A DNA stretch of 63,306 bases, filler included, from Aduncisulcus paluster (lineage: Eukaryota), in assembly GCA_024181965.1 (NCBI GenBank). It is 11 parts of 11 records of this genome, joined end to end, with 100 filler letters (N's around TTAATTAATTAA, not from the genome) between each part and the next. Parts side by side here need not be neighbours in the genome. Positions count along the whole stretch, not along the records: positions 19,685 to 43,465 come from BQXS01010241.1; 10 more parts are not named here. One strand, given 5' to 3'. A model generated the notes under the pieces. The model worked only from the letters and a program-made list of their open reading frames with translations, made no database searches and was not told the origin of the DNA. A program made the translations under genes and the position numbers. Below, piece after piece: positions 22,601 to 35,962 of this stretch (position 1 is the stretch's first letter; each line of letters begins with the position of its first letter).

Positions 22601-25600
22601 TGGATGCCGATTCTTTAGGAACATATCCGAATCAATACAGAATTCATCAATAATAATCTTTTCTTCTTCATCATCTCCCAAAACTTTCTTTGTTAAAGCC
22701 TTGAAAATCTTTGACTCTAAATCAGTTTGAGCATTTGATTCAGCAATATGTAATTCTTCCTCCACAACAGAGGACAAAGCAGATAAAACAGTCTCGACAA
22801 TTCGAGGACTGATATTTATGAACACGGGACTGACTTTGATTTTAACCTTCCATCTCCAACAAGAGGTAATATCAAGAGCAGAATTATCCATGCCTCCTTC
22901 TTCTTCATCTTCACCAAGCTTAACGGGATCCTTGGACATACCAACCCGCTTCCCATGAACACCGTATCCAGCAACAAAACTTGGGTATCCACCTCGAATG
23001 ATAATATCAATTGGCTCAATCAAAGGTTCCCACACACCCAAAGAAGGTAAAAATACATTGAATGAACAATAACCATGTCCAGATATTTTCCCTTGAGATT
23101 TTGCCAGAAATATTTCAATCGGAGTGAATGAAATTGTGGTATTTATGAAAGGAACTGGAACAGAACGTGAATCATCATACAAAATCAGCTTTATATAAAA
23201 TGGGAGAAAGGCTCCATACATCGTGATGATATCTCCAGCTTTTTCCCCAGATACAAGCTGTGAAGCCTCGAGCACAACCTTCCTTGTTTTTGCTTCTTCT
23301 TTCTGCTTCTCTCTTTCAACAAGGTGGAAAGGATCTTCTTGTTTCAATTTTCGTTGCTGAATTTGAGTTTTCTTGTCAACAGTGAGTTTTGGCAAATTGC
23401 TAAATATTGATAACAAAAGTATCATTTCTCGGTAAGAAAATTCGAAAACAATGTCATCGAGTCCACCACTACATTCGATTTCTGCCTTTTCTCCTTTGGA
23501 CTTGAATTGAACATATTTTGCTTTCATTCGAACGGGAGCAAACATATAAGAATGTTTGGTTTGTATTGAATGAGTTCTAAAAGTCAATTCTTTCGATTTT
23601 TGGTGCTCAGAATGTGACAAATACATTGCAATTGAACCAATTCCTCCACATAGACCAGTTGCTTGTCGATAAGCTCGAACAAATCCACTTATGGAACCCA
23701 ACCGGATATCAGATAGAACCAAAGATAATACAGGAGGATGGGGAGTGGTGAGAGAAGAAGCACAAACATTTCCATCCATTTTGAGATATATGCCTTTGAT
23801 AGATCCAGTTATTCTGTGTTGAGCAACAAGTTTCCAAGGAAGAGCAACTTTGGGAGCTGCGGTATCATATGCAGAAATCTGATTTTCATATTCAGCGTCG
23901 GTAGAATCAACTTCTTTTCCCCCTCTTTCTTTCAAAGATTCATTTGTTTCAGACGAATCCTTTTCAAAATCAACCAGATTGCCACGATTTTCCATTGATC
24001 CTTCAAAATTATCGAATGAGGGGCTTTGGAAGAAATTCCCAACATCGCTCAAAATATCAGCGATTAATAAGAATTCAATATCATTGACAGAAATATCTAT
24101 TTCTTGATCTACAAATGAATTCATTAAGATTCGTATCGTAATAGCATCTCGTTGTGGCTTTGTGAGAAATTCCTTGTGTTGGGAAGGAATCAATAAGTTT
24201 GGAAAAAAAGAGAAATATGAGGAGTCATGTTTAAAAAGATTTTTGTTTTCTTCAAGTAAAGGATCATTCCATGTGGAGAAATGATTCTCCTTTTCACTCT
24301 TCTTTCCATTTCCAAGAGTAATTNNNNNNNNNNNNNNNNNNNNATTGACAGAAATATCTATTTCTTGATCTACAAATGAATTCATTAAGATTCGTATCGT
24401 AATAGCATCTCGTTGTGGCTTTGTGAGAAATTCCTTGTGTTGGGAAGGAATCAATAAGTTTGGAAAAAAAGAGAAATATGAGGAGTCATGTTTAAAAAGA
24501 TTTTTGTTTTCTTCAAGTAAAGGATCATTCCATGTGGAGAAATGATTCTCCTTTTCACTCTTCTTTCCATTTCCAAGAGTAATTAACGTTCGAGGGAGAG
24601 AATATTGAGAATGAGGAATAATTCTAACAAATTCCTTATGTTCTGGCGACACGTTACTACCAGGTCGAGCATCAACCATCCTCAAATCTTTCAGTTGGCA
24701 ATTTACCATAATGTTTCCTCGTCGTTTTGTTTCAATTTCGATTGCTAATCCATCGGATTTAATAGATAAAAATGGGATTGGGACATATGTGTATCGATTC
24801 CCCATAAGATCAATGTCAATATTCCCAAAACGGAGAGATCCCTTAAACAACATACGCTCTTTATCAGCATACTGGAAGAATGAAAAATCTGAGTGACCAT
24901 GAAGAATTGAATCCAAATATGAGTTAACACACAATATTGCAGCATGTTCACCATTATCACTTGAACTTCGATGTTGTTGTTCGAGCTCATAACGTTGTAA
25001 CAATTCTGTTTTCTCCTTGTTTCTCATTTCATACATATATTCTGCTTCAGGGCTCATTTTTATCAAATTGTTCAGGACAACTTTCATAATTTCATCGAAA
25101 GAGTGAGGAGTTAAATTAATTTTCAACTCAGGAATTTGCATATCAATTCCAGTAAAAGGAGAAAGGAATGGAAAAGCTGCATACAATCTAGTGTTATGCG
25201 AAAATTGAAGGACTGGGGGAGTATCAGGAAATATTTTTCCTAAAGCAGAACAAGAAGCCTCAAGATGTGGAATCGTTGTTGTTATTCTAAACATAGGATT
25301 GTCATCTTCACATACATATTCTGAAGATAGGCAAAATGGTTGTAAAGATGATAAAATAATCCCTTCTTCAATTTTATCACCTATATGAGAAGTTGTAGAT
25401 GAAAATGCTGGAACAAATATGCGAGGGAAATTAATTTTACCATCAACTTTCAGTGTTGTGAGTGAACTTTGCAATACACGAGCTAAACAAACATTTGTTC
25501 CCTCCGAATCGGCATTTCTGGGGAATCCTCCAGCAGAAAATGCATAATCACGTTGCATATCGGCATCAAGATTCTGATTATCAATTATATTCTGTTGGCT

Positions 25601-28600
25601 ATAAATAATTTTCATCCATTCTTCAGAAGAAGAAGGGAAATACTCGAGGAAGAAATCATCAATAGAAGCCAATAATAAATCAAAGAAAGCAGCTGTAACT
25701 GTCAATTGAATTCCTCGGTGTAATACAAATGACATTTCAGCATTATAGCCACGATAAGCTGTGGATTGATTTGATACAAGGAGGAAATTAGAGGAAAGAA
25801 CTGGATAAATGTGTCTTGTATGACCATAATCATCAATAAACTCCGACATTTGTTGAGCAGAATCTTCTTGCGATACTTCATGAAATACACCAGATTTTTC
25901 ATTCAAGGAGCTTGAGTCAAGTTTTGAAGATGCTGTTAAATGATCTGATACTGGATTTTCAGAAATGTCCATATTGGCTAGAATATCGCGATCAACCTTC
26001 AAAACATAATTTCCACCTTTCTTCTTTTTTCGATCTGTTACTTCAATTTCCCCAACCTCAAAATCACCATCAACACAAGTTGTATGTACAACAATATTGA
26101 TATTAACACCTTTACAAATGACATTAGAATGCGGTTTTGAACTGGCACCTTGTTCGATATTACGCCGTACAACACTGATGGGAGAAAACAAATCTATTCT
26201 CAATGAAGACAATGATAATGAAAGTCGCAAAAGAGGAGTTGGCAAGGCCACTCTCTCCACTTCTGATAAAGTCTTTGTCAATTCTATCATTTTTTTGAAG
26301 ATTAAGGATATTTTTTTCACTAATATCTNNNNNNNNNNNNNNNNNNNNCAATTTCCCCAACCTCAAAATCACCATCAACACAAGTTGTATGTACAACAAT
26401 ATTGATATTAACACCTTTACAAATGACATTAGAATGCGGTTTTGAACTGGCACCTTGTTCGATATTACGCCGTACAACACTGATGGGAGAAAACAAATCT
26501 ATTCTCAATGAAGACAATGATAATGAAAGTCGCAAAAGAGGAGTTGGCAAGGCCACTCTCTCCACTTCTGATAAAGTCTTTGTCAATTCTATCATTTTTT
26601 TGAAGATTAAGGATATTTTTTTCACTAATATCTCTCCTTCAGTTAAATTTTCCTCCACATCCTCAAGCCCACTACTTGAGACAATTTGAGATGAAGAAGA
26701 AGATTCTGATTCATCAATAATTTCAACCTCAATGGGGCTCTTTGAAGAGCTTTCTTGGATTGAAATATCAGGACTCTCAGATGATTCAACTGGTGATGCT
26801 GGAGATACGCCTTCAAGAGAAGTTGATTTAATGAATTCATTTTGCTGACCACTAATGTTCTTGGAGAGCTGTCGGGAATGTTCGATTGCTCTTTCCATCC
26901 TTTCATTTCCTTTCGTTACCAACCTTTGTCGAAGGTCCTCTTCATTTTCATCAGTAATTGTTCCTAACCCTAATTTGATCATAATTTCACTCTCACACAA
27001 AATACCGTAAAGAAGTTGCAGACGTTGTACTGTGGAGTTGAGAACAAGAGTATCAAGATACAATGCCAATCCAGGTTGAGAAACAGACAAAGATGCGGGA
27101 GCCATTGCAAATATCCTTTCTTGAATTTCAGCATCTTCTTTCATTTTCTTCTGCCTCTTATCTTCACTTCTAGATGTTTCATTTGACTCCAACGAATTTT
27201 CATCTATTGATGATTCACCTTCCTGAAGTTGCTTTGCTGAATCGACCTTTTCATTGATTCCAGAAGCTAATCTTTCCCATAGAAGAGGATTATTGGGACT
27301 TAGAATTTCGATATGCATGTTACAAAGCCCCAAACCTTTGCTTTCAACAATTACTCTCCCACCACAGAGCACCATTAATTTACCAACATCAATATGGCCA
27401 TAAACAGAAAGATTCTTTGCATGAATATTACTTGAAAGGTGATGTAGTGATAATGAGACAATTTCTCCACTATTATCTGAAATAATAAGACGAATGGTAT
27501 CAATGAATGAGGTAAAGGAAGCAACAGGACAAGAGGCAGTTGAAGAAGGTGCTAGAGAAGTTGCTGGAAGTCGTTTGCTCCTGTTTCTGGCAATAATTGT
27601 TTTAATGATTTGGAGAAAATCAATTCTACCCTTTTCATCTCTTCCTGGAGCATGGGAAAGAGGTGTAACATTTTCAATTGAATCTAAGGAAGAGAAGAAA
27701 CGATGTTTTTTGAGATGTTTTGATGCACCTCTCGGGGTGTCAGAATATGGTTGCTCACTACGTTCATCACTTGTCTCTCTTTCTCCAGAAAGTTGCTCAG
27801 TTGATTCATTCTCCAAAAATTCTTCAATTCCAATCTTGGCCTTCACTCTTCCTTGTATGATCGCATCGGCAAAACGTGTTAAATAGACTTCAAAAAGAGG
27901 AATGGCAGTAATTAAAATATTTAAAAGGGACGCCGCAGCATTAAGAAGTGAATTCAAAAGATCAACATGAAGAGAAAGGGATATCGGAGAAGCATGAATA
28001 TAGGAAAACAAGGATGTAGAGTGCTTTGCAGAAACAAACTCTCGAGCAATTGAGAAGGAAAGTGATAAAGGATGGAGAAGAAGAGTATTTGACTTGTTGA
28101 CACTCTTCAAGATCTTACAATATGATGGAACATATTGAGGATCTTTCAACAATCGTTCGATAATATCTTGTTCAACAATGACTCCAAGAAACATATTACT
28201 CTCAAAGATGCCGTATATATCATAAAATGGAAGTAATTTGCCCAAAGGTTGAACTGTATGATGAATAGCAGAATTTGCCAAAACTTCTTCAATTGGAGCA
28301 CTTGTCATCAACCGAGACATATCACACACTTCATCATCTTCAGACGATTCTTCCTTTCCTCGTCTTTTCTTTTTGGCTGCCTTTTTCTTTTGTTCTTCTT
28401 CTATCTTTTTCTGTTTTTCAGCCTTTTCATCAACTCCCCGAATTTCCTTCCTTTTCAATCGGTGTTCTTCTAATTCTCGATCTTTAAGACTCTGTTTCCA
28501 TCTTGAAAAGAATGTAAGTGTCATTTCTTTTATATTCTTCAAATTGAGTTCTTTTTTCTTGACCTTTTCCTTTTCTCTTTGCTTTTTCACCAAAGCTTTC

Positions 28601-31600
28601 TCCTCTCCCTCTTTCTGAGCTCTTTGAACTTCCTCTTCAATGGAAAAGAAAGATAATTCATCAAGATCATTACTTTCACTCCCTTCGATTTTCTGTAATG
28701 AACTCAATAAAGTTGGAGACGGTGGAATAAAATATCCAGAACCAGATGAACGCAGATGGTTTAACAAAGATAATGGAGTTGGGTATTTCGCTCCAAGATG
28801 CTGGGCAAACTGCTTCCCTTCAGTTGTAAGAATTCGGATTTCTCCACTACTGAAAAACAAACAATGCAAGGAAGAAGAACAAGGGCTTTCTTCCTTTTCA
28901 GCCATTATTTCACCCAATTCATCTTCATTCAACTCCTTTTCGTTCGTTTTAATGGGAATGATGAGATATATTGGGTGAATTCTAACATCATAAAAATCTC
29001 GTTCAATGGATGAATTCGATGGAACCTTTAGATCAGCTTCATCCAATAGAGACATTGAAAGAGATGTATCCTCAATGGCTTCAGTCTGAGCACTGCCTTC
29101 TTTATCCGTCTCCACAAGCATTGCTGGTTCAAAATCTTCCATACTTGGAGCAGAATCGGCCATTTTAGACTCGAACATGCTGAATACATCCTTATACAAT
29201 CCCATAATCTTACTAACAAGTGCATTCACATCGAATTCATTAGAATCGCCAGATGAATCACCTCCATCAGATGACAATATACCAGATATAATTGTGTTAG
29301 TGTAATCTCCGGCTCCAAATTGTTTCGATAGCTCTGAGAGCATGTATGGATCTGCACATAACTTCAAGGGGGAAACGTGAACTTTAAACACGGATTCATA
29401 ATTGCCCCAAGGAGGAGTGGATTCGTATACAAAGAAAAACACTGGATGTGAGGAAACGGCGTGGGACAAAATATGTGAATATAGACAAGGTTCTGGTTGA
29501 TGTTCTTGTTTGACATTTTTCTTTTTCTTCTTGGGTTTTGTGTCAATTTTTCCTTCAAGAGGCTGTAAATTAGATTCGTCTGCCATAAGATTCTGAATAT
29601 TCAACTCTTTGGCCAAAACTCTCACTTTCATCCCTTCTTTTCGTTGTGATAGTAGGAATTCAACGTGTAAAATATTCAATTTTAGTAAAGGAACTCGAGA
29701 TATGATATCAACTTCTTTCTCTTCTTCCATCCCAATAATCATCTCAGTGGCTTTCTTGGCAACACATAATCTCATGGTTATCGCAGGAACATCGATAGTG
29801 AGTCGAAAATCCTCATAAAATGGGGGCAAACAAAAAGATATATCGGATAATTGTTCACTTTTTTCTTTCTCCTTGTTTTTCTTCGCTTCTGATATTTCTC
29901 GATCCACATTATTGAATATCGTATTGGTAGAATCTTGTTTATCCAATTCTTTCATTATTCTATCCTTTATACCACTTGCAAACGACATTAATCTTGATGA
30001 ATCAAATGAAAGTACAGATTTGTCCACCTCAATCTGACCAATGACGGTATCTTTTAATTCAGGCTTCTCAGATGGTTTGGTATCATTTTCGGAAAGTTCC
30101 GACATACTTTCATCTGATTTTTCCTCGCCTAATAGATCATCTTCAAATTTCGACTCTTTTCCTTGATCTCGAGTTTCTTCCTCTTCAAGAAGTGCAAGTT
30201 GTTTTTCACGTTCAACTTCAAATTTAATCTTCTCTTCTGACGTATCTTTCGTGAATTTAAACACTTGTTCGCGGAGTTGAGCGATGACTTTTCGCTTCTT
30301 TTTGAGGGTTTTCCACTTCTTTTTGCCAAATTTGGAATTATATACCCAATCCTCTCCCTTTTTCTTTATCAACTTCCTATCTTCCTCTTCTTGGATGAGA
30401 ATAATTGTTTCCATGGATAGGTCTTCCATCAATTCTTGCATAGAATCACGAAAACCTTCTCGTAATTTCTTATTTCTAGTCGTTAACCATTGTTTGTAAC
30501 AATTCTTATATCTTGTTCTCACTCCACACATATAATCACCAACTCCACCAAGTTTTCTGTGTTTATCGGCCTCTTTGATCACTCTATTGAGAGTATACAT
30601 GAGCGATGAATGTCTGGAGGACAAAGAAGTCAACAAAGAATGAAGATCTCCCGGTGACAAGGATGAAACATCAGGAATGGCTTCGTGTGCTTCTGGACTG
30701 AGATCATCTATTTCTTCATCGTCAAGAACCTGAATAGAACTCTCCTGTTGCTGATCGACATCAGAAGTCACAGAGGATGTGGAGGATGTGGAGGATGTGG
30801 AGGGTCCATGCAAGGATGAATCAAGAGTGGATTGCATTTGTCCAGCATTTAATAATGGATTTTTCTTTCTTCTGTCAATTTCAGTCTTCACTTGTTCAAT
30901 TTCTTTTTCAACCATGGCCTTCTCTTTGCTCAAAAGGATTCCCTGTTCATAATTTAGACGTCGGGTGGTCTTTTCCTTAAGTAAATGATACAAAGCACTC
31001 TTCTTTCCCTTCGTTTCCCAAGCAATCGACACGACAGCGTACATCCACCATTGACGGGCAGTTCGCTTATATTTTGGTCTATTCGTCGGACGAATCAGGA
31101 GTAAATCAAGGGGACGCTCACCATATGCATCCCAAAAGAAAATGCTGTTTAAAATCACATGGAGCTGAGTATCACTAACTTGAAAATCAAGAGAGGATGG
31201 GAAATCGAGATCTAGAGAAACTCTTGGAATGAAGCTCTTTGTTTCGATATCTGCATGCGTTGGAGCGGGGGCAACAGTAAGATGACCTGTAATCGACAAA
31301 GGACCGAGAATGGTTTGATGATCAGGAGAATGGGTTCTCATAATTTCTTGAATGAACAATCTTGATTTACGAACATATTCAGAAGTATTAAAGAAGGTTC
31401 TTTCATCGACATAGATATAAAGACCCTGAATCTCGGCAATTCTAAAAATAGATTTCTCAGTTTTCTCTTCCATTCCTGATAAAAATGTCTTATTCCAATT
31501 ATGATCCGTCGTATGAGCCAAAATATTTGAAATGCCGACTCCAACAGCAAAAGGAATTGGGGCAGACGAATCTTCAACCCGAATATGGATATTCTTTATA

Positions 31601-32429
31601 GATAATTCAACATTGTTGATGATAACATCAAGTAAAGAATCATTCTGCGAGGAAGAAGTTAGAAAAGATTCAATAGATCCTTTTTTCTTAAGCATTGCAA
31701 CAGCATTCGGTCCACCAAGAATGTTTACCTCCTGTCTATCACTAATATCTTTTTCCTTATCCAAGTTTCTATTCCTAATCATCTTCCTAACCATTTTCTT
31801 TGAGAAAGAAGCTGAAGCTATCGGCGTAACAACAACAAAGATATCTTTAATTTCGACTTTTACAGATTTCTTCTTCAGAGAAGCCCATGGAACTTCGATA
31901 TGAATTTCGCCAATGTGAGAATATGTTATTGACAAGAAGGGAGCAATAGCTTTGAAAGCATTTGGCTTTAATTCAAGGNNNNNNNNNNNNNNNNNNNNAA
32001 AGATTCAATAGATCCTTTTTTCTTAAGCATTGCAACAGCATTCGGTCCACCAAGAATGTTTACCTCCTGTCTATCACTAATATCTTTTTCCTTATCCAAG
32101 TTTCTATTCCTAATCATCTTCCTAACCATTTTCTTTGAGAAAGAAGCTGAAGCTATCGGCGTAACAACAACAAAGATATCTTTAATTTCGACTTTTACAG
32201 ATTTCTTCTTCAGAGAAGCCCATGGAACTTCGATATGAATTTCGCCAATGTGAGAATATGTTATTGACAAGAAGGGAGCAATAGCTTTGAAAGCATTTGG
32301 CTTTAATTCAAGGTTATCCAACTTAATTTTTCCAGATAATAAACTCACTTTAAAGTCCTTTGGGGAGATACCATAACAATATTTTCCAAAGATCCTAGAT
32401 ACGAAAGAAGTGATTATTGATTCTATCAT
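19685..32429 (-). CDS. VPS13: VPS13-family bridge-like lipid transfer protein, single gene (>=~3,950 aa, C-terminus beyond the contig end)
   Basis: Chorein-N start MIESIITSFVSRIFGKY..VSLLSGKIKLDNLELK..IGEIHIEVPW; NNVELSIKNIHIRVED; ARQWWMYA; WEPLIEP followed by VAB-type Asn motifs (NHTG, IRNWL, IRNSLP). The three ORF-track pieces join once duplications at gaps 31979-31998, 26329-26348 and 24324-24343 are removed. Confidence 0.93.
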
Positions 32430-32685
32430 TCTCGCACCAACAAATGAATAGGATATGCAAATTGTCCTGCATTCATCTTGGAATTTGTTTGGGATGACAA
32501 GAAAAATGACAAGATTCAAAATTGATGCAATCAAGAAAGAAAAAAGGGTCATGAGCTATTAAAATACTTTTAAATCTCATTTATAGCATCACAGATCGTA
32601 TTTATTTTCGAATTTCATATTAAATTACAAGTGGACAAACAATAACTCAATGATTGAAAAAAATAGGGGAACTATGGAAATATAA

Positions 32686-34446
32686 TTAAGGAGCAACAGA
32701 ACCACCCAAAGCTTGAACTTTAGCCTGGGCAGCAGCAGCTTCAACCCGAGCAATTGCAGCTTTAGCCTCAAGTTTGGCAGTGATTTCAGCGCGAGATATT
32801 GGCTGCATCTGAACACTCTTGGCGTACTCGAGAACCTGTTTGGGAAGCTCAGCCAATGTTTCCTGGGCAAGAAGATGGGGATTTCCGGCAAACTTATTGA
32901 AAGGAACAAATTGCACCATATCTCTTGTGGCACTATTTCCACGAGAATCTGTTAGTAAGGTTCCATCAGAATCAAGGATTTCCATTGCGGTAAAGTTGGC
33001 TCTACCAACACCAACGATTATAATGGAGAGAGGAAGCCCAGAAGCGGCCACAATAGTTGACTTTGTTTGTTCCATATCATTGGCTTGACCATCAGTAAGG
33101 ATCAGCAGGACCTGGTAACCTTGAGCAACACCAGTTTGGTGGTAAACAGATGCGACTTGTTCGGCATGAGAACGAGTGTTCAAAGTATGGAAATACTGAG
33201 CTTGTTTCATCGATTTTTCAATCACAGAGTGGAGAACAGTGGGTCCGGAGAGACTGACTCCGCTAGCCAAGGTGCTTCTATAGGCTTGAAGCATTCCAGC
33301 GACACCCTTAACAGCGCCACCTCCAAGAGGAAAACAATGGGAGACACAACCTCCGACGACGGCTCCAAATCCATCAATATCCACGATAGAATCACTGTCA
33401 TAAGGGCACAAAACAGATCCAACGGCAGCCATAGCCTTTTCATATTCAGATTGTCCACGTCCGATGTAGTGGAGGGAAGAAGGAGATGAATAATGACCAT
33501 TGGAACCAGTGAAATCAACAGCCACAGAGAGACTCAGCTGCATTGTTCCACTATACACATAATCGAGGAAGGTGGGTATCTTTGTGATAGAAAAGCTCAG
33601 CATGTACAGCATACCACTGTTAACATAACCTTTTCCTTTCTTCTTCAATTTCTCTCTCTTATGCTCAGAAATAAGAGGAACTCCATCGCCAGCTTCACGA
33701 AGACGCTCAAGTTCACTAATGCTGGTATCAGTTTGTCCAACAAAATCATGGGAACTTGCCCTATCCCAATCCCAACATTGAATACGAATAGGCCTCTCAA
33801 TATCATTGTTACAGAGTCTCTGCATACTCAATTTCATAGGTTTCCACACGGGATTCAACGATTTCTTGATAATTTCAGTCCTATGAACTTCATGCCATTC
33901 TGGAACGCCACTGGCTGTTTCTTTGGCCCTCTGGAAAATCAAATAACCATCTGTCTTTCCAAACACATCCTTTTTATCAATGTTCTTTGCGCAGAAAGAC
34001 ATATCGGCAATAATATTATCACTACTAGCTGGTTCGCCTGAAATATGAACCTTGGGATTCTTTTTCCCTCTGTAGGGACCACCATCAGGACCTGTCAAGG
34101 GAAGGGAGAGTTCTCCAGTTGTAGACACCACTAAATCAGCAATTTGGAATTCAACACTTCCAATATAATCATGTTTTCTCAAATCTCTGAGATCAGAAGA
34201 GTCACAATCAAAAAGTCTGATACGAACACGATCAGGAGTTTCAAACATGTAAGGTAATAAGAAACTTTCGGGAAAAACTGGATTGTTATCATTTTTAATT
34301 GGTGCAGTCATTCCAACCGTCACAGATTGCTCTTCAGCATTAACAATCTCAACAACACAAAAAGGATCTGAAGCTGACAGAATATCCTTGGATTCTAAAT
34401 CCTCTGCTTTGATAGTAATTTCATATTTTGACACGGTTGATGTCAT
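32686..34446 (-). CDS. Copine (C2-C2-vWA)
   Basis: SKDILSASDPF, KKDVFGKTDGY, CWDWD..HDFVG, VAVDFTGSNG, YDSD, LSGPT, LLILTDG, LPLSIIIVGVG, RDMVQFVPF, LAELPKQV; likely start MTSTVSK at 34446 (alternative ATG at 34494). Confidence 0.96.
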   Translation of the reverse strand: MTSTVSKYEITIKAEDLESKDILSASDPFCVVEIVNAEEQSVTVGMTAPIKNDNNPVFPESFLLPYMFETPDRVRIRLFDCDSSDLRDLRKHDYIGSVEFQIADLVVSTTGELSLPLTGPDGGPYRGKKNPKVHISGEPASSDNIIADMSFCAKNIDKKDVFGKTDGYLIFQRAKETASGVPEWHEVHRTEIIKKSLNPVWKPMKLSMQRLCNNDIERPIRIQCWDWDRASSHDFVGQTDTSISELERLREAGDGVPLISEHKREKLKKKGKGYVNSGMLYMLSFSITKIPTFLDYVYSGTMQLSLSVAVDFTGSNGHYSSPSSLHYIGRGQSEYEKAMAAVGSVLCPYDSDSIVDIDGFGAVVGGCVSHCFPLGGGAVKGVAGMLQAYRSTLASGVSLSGPTVLHSVIEKSMKQAQYFHTLNTRSHAEQVASVYHQTGVAQGYQVLLILTDGQANDMEQTKSTIVAASGLPLSIIIVGVGRANFTAMEILDSDGTLLTDSRGNSATRDMVQFVPFNKFAGNPHLLAQETLAELPKQVLEYAKSVQMQPISRAEITAKLEAKAAIARVEAAAAQAKVQALGGSVAP

Positions 34447-34979
34447 GTTGTAGCCAAAACACGATTTGAGAGTCAATTGCTTGATAATTGCCATTCACTA
34501 TCCAAGAGACTCCAAAATAATAATTATGAAAAGAATACAATATAAAATAAATAAATAAATTATAATTATATCCTTTATCCAGCGCTATCCAAGAATTTTA
34601 GTTTTTTCAGCGATTTATTTTGAATTTTTCGGTGAGAATAGAAATAAAGAACCAGAAAATATCAAATCAATAAAGAGAGTAATTTAAGGTTGTAATATCG
34701 ATTACAATTATCACAGAGAACTTCTTATGCTGCCAGTGAAAAAAATAGTCTGTCACTATTTTGGCATAAGATAAGAGACATGAGAAAAAAAAATATTAAC
34801 CAAATATTTTAATGGGATATTAATCAAAATAAGGGATTTTAGAATGTAAAATGATTCACTGAGTTCATGAGAAGCAAATTCAAAATTTTTGAATCAAAAA
34901 GTAGGAAAACGGCATTATTAAATTAACTATTAACAATACGATCAGACGGTTAACAGTGGAGATAAAAAATACCCTGGAA

Positions 34980-35962
34980 TTAATTAACCCTTGGATCAAA
35001 TCCAACGCAGCCTAGCGATTCGATTCCACATTCATCGATTCCACGAATTATCCGAAAGAATCCATTCTCTCCCCAGTTAACACCCCATGAATTGGCAACA
35101 ATCCAATAGGGTGTGCCCCCATCTTCGCCCCAACCGATAATCTTGACGGCATGACCGCCTCCGTATGAACCAGAGACATGATGATAGATTCCAGATTGGT
35201 AGACAGAAAAATCACTATAAACTTGATAAGCGACTTCAATGGGGCCCCGAGCCATTATTTCAGTTTTCATCTCATCCTCTCCAATCACATGATAAGTATA
35301 ATTAGAAAAATAACGCTGCATCCGATTTCCATCCAGGCATTTTGAAGGACAAGAAGGGGTAGAGACACCATCACCTGAAACATATGGGAAACATGACTCC
35401 GAAACAATACCCTCTCTATTTAAAAAGACGCCTGTAAGAATGGGATTTCCACCATAGCATCCGTGATCCAATTTGTCACATGAACACAACCATTGAGGAC
35501 TTAAAAGAGTATTTGTAAGTTCAGTTTGACCACTAGCTATACAGTAACGATCCCCAAAACTTTCAGAAGCTGCATGGGCCCAGCATGACTAGAAAAGAAA
35601 AAAATGAAACGTGAGCAATATAGATAAAAAAAAAAGTTGATAATAAAAGTACATACACCACAAGAACCCTGATCCCTGATCATTTTAATTGTTCCACAAT
35701 CGGGCCATTCAGATCTGGAATCGAAAGAAACTGGGAAATCTTCGAAGACCTTCACTTGTTCTCGTGGATGGATGTTCCGAAATGGTGGTATATTTGTCAT
35801 TAAAGAGTGAAAAAAAGATTCTTCAGTCGGAAAAATACCAGAATCACCCGGAATCCACAAAGTTTCTTTTTCGCTTACTTCTTGAATTATATCTGAAGTC
35901 CATGACCAGCAACAGTTGAAAAACAGTACTAAAATAATAAATACAAAATGATAAAAAAACAT
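34980..35962 (-). CDS. Cathepsin B-like cysteine protease (C1A), about 304 aa; exons 35962-35657 and 35588-34980
   Basis: Signal peptide, [54 protein letters not shown]; the catalytic C/H/N are intact after splicing. Confidence 0.95.
35589..35656 (-). other. Spliceosomal intron (68 nt, phase 0) within the QGSCG|SCW motif
   Basis: GTATGT donor, T-rich tract, CTAG acceptor; removal rebuilds the active-site motif. Confidence 0.93.
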
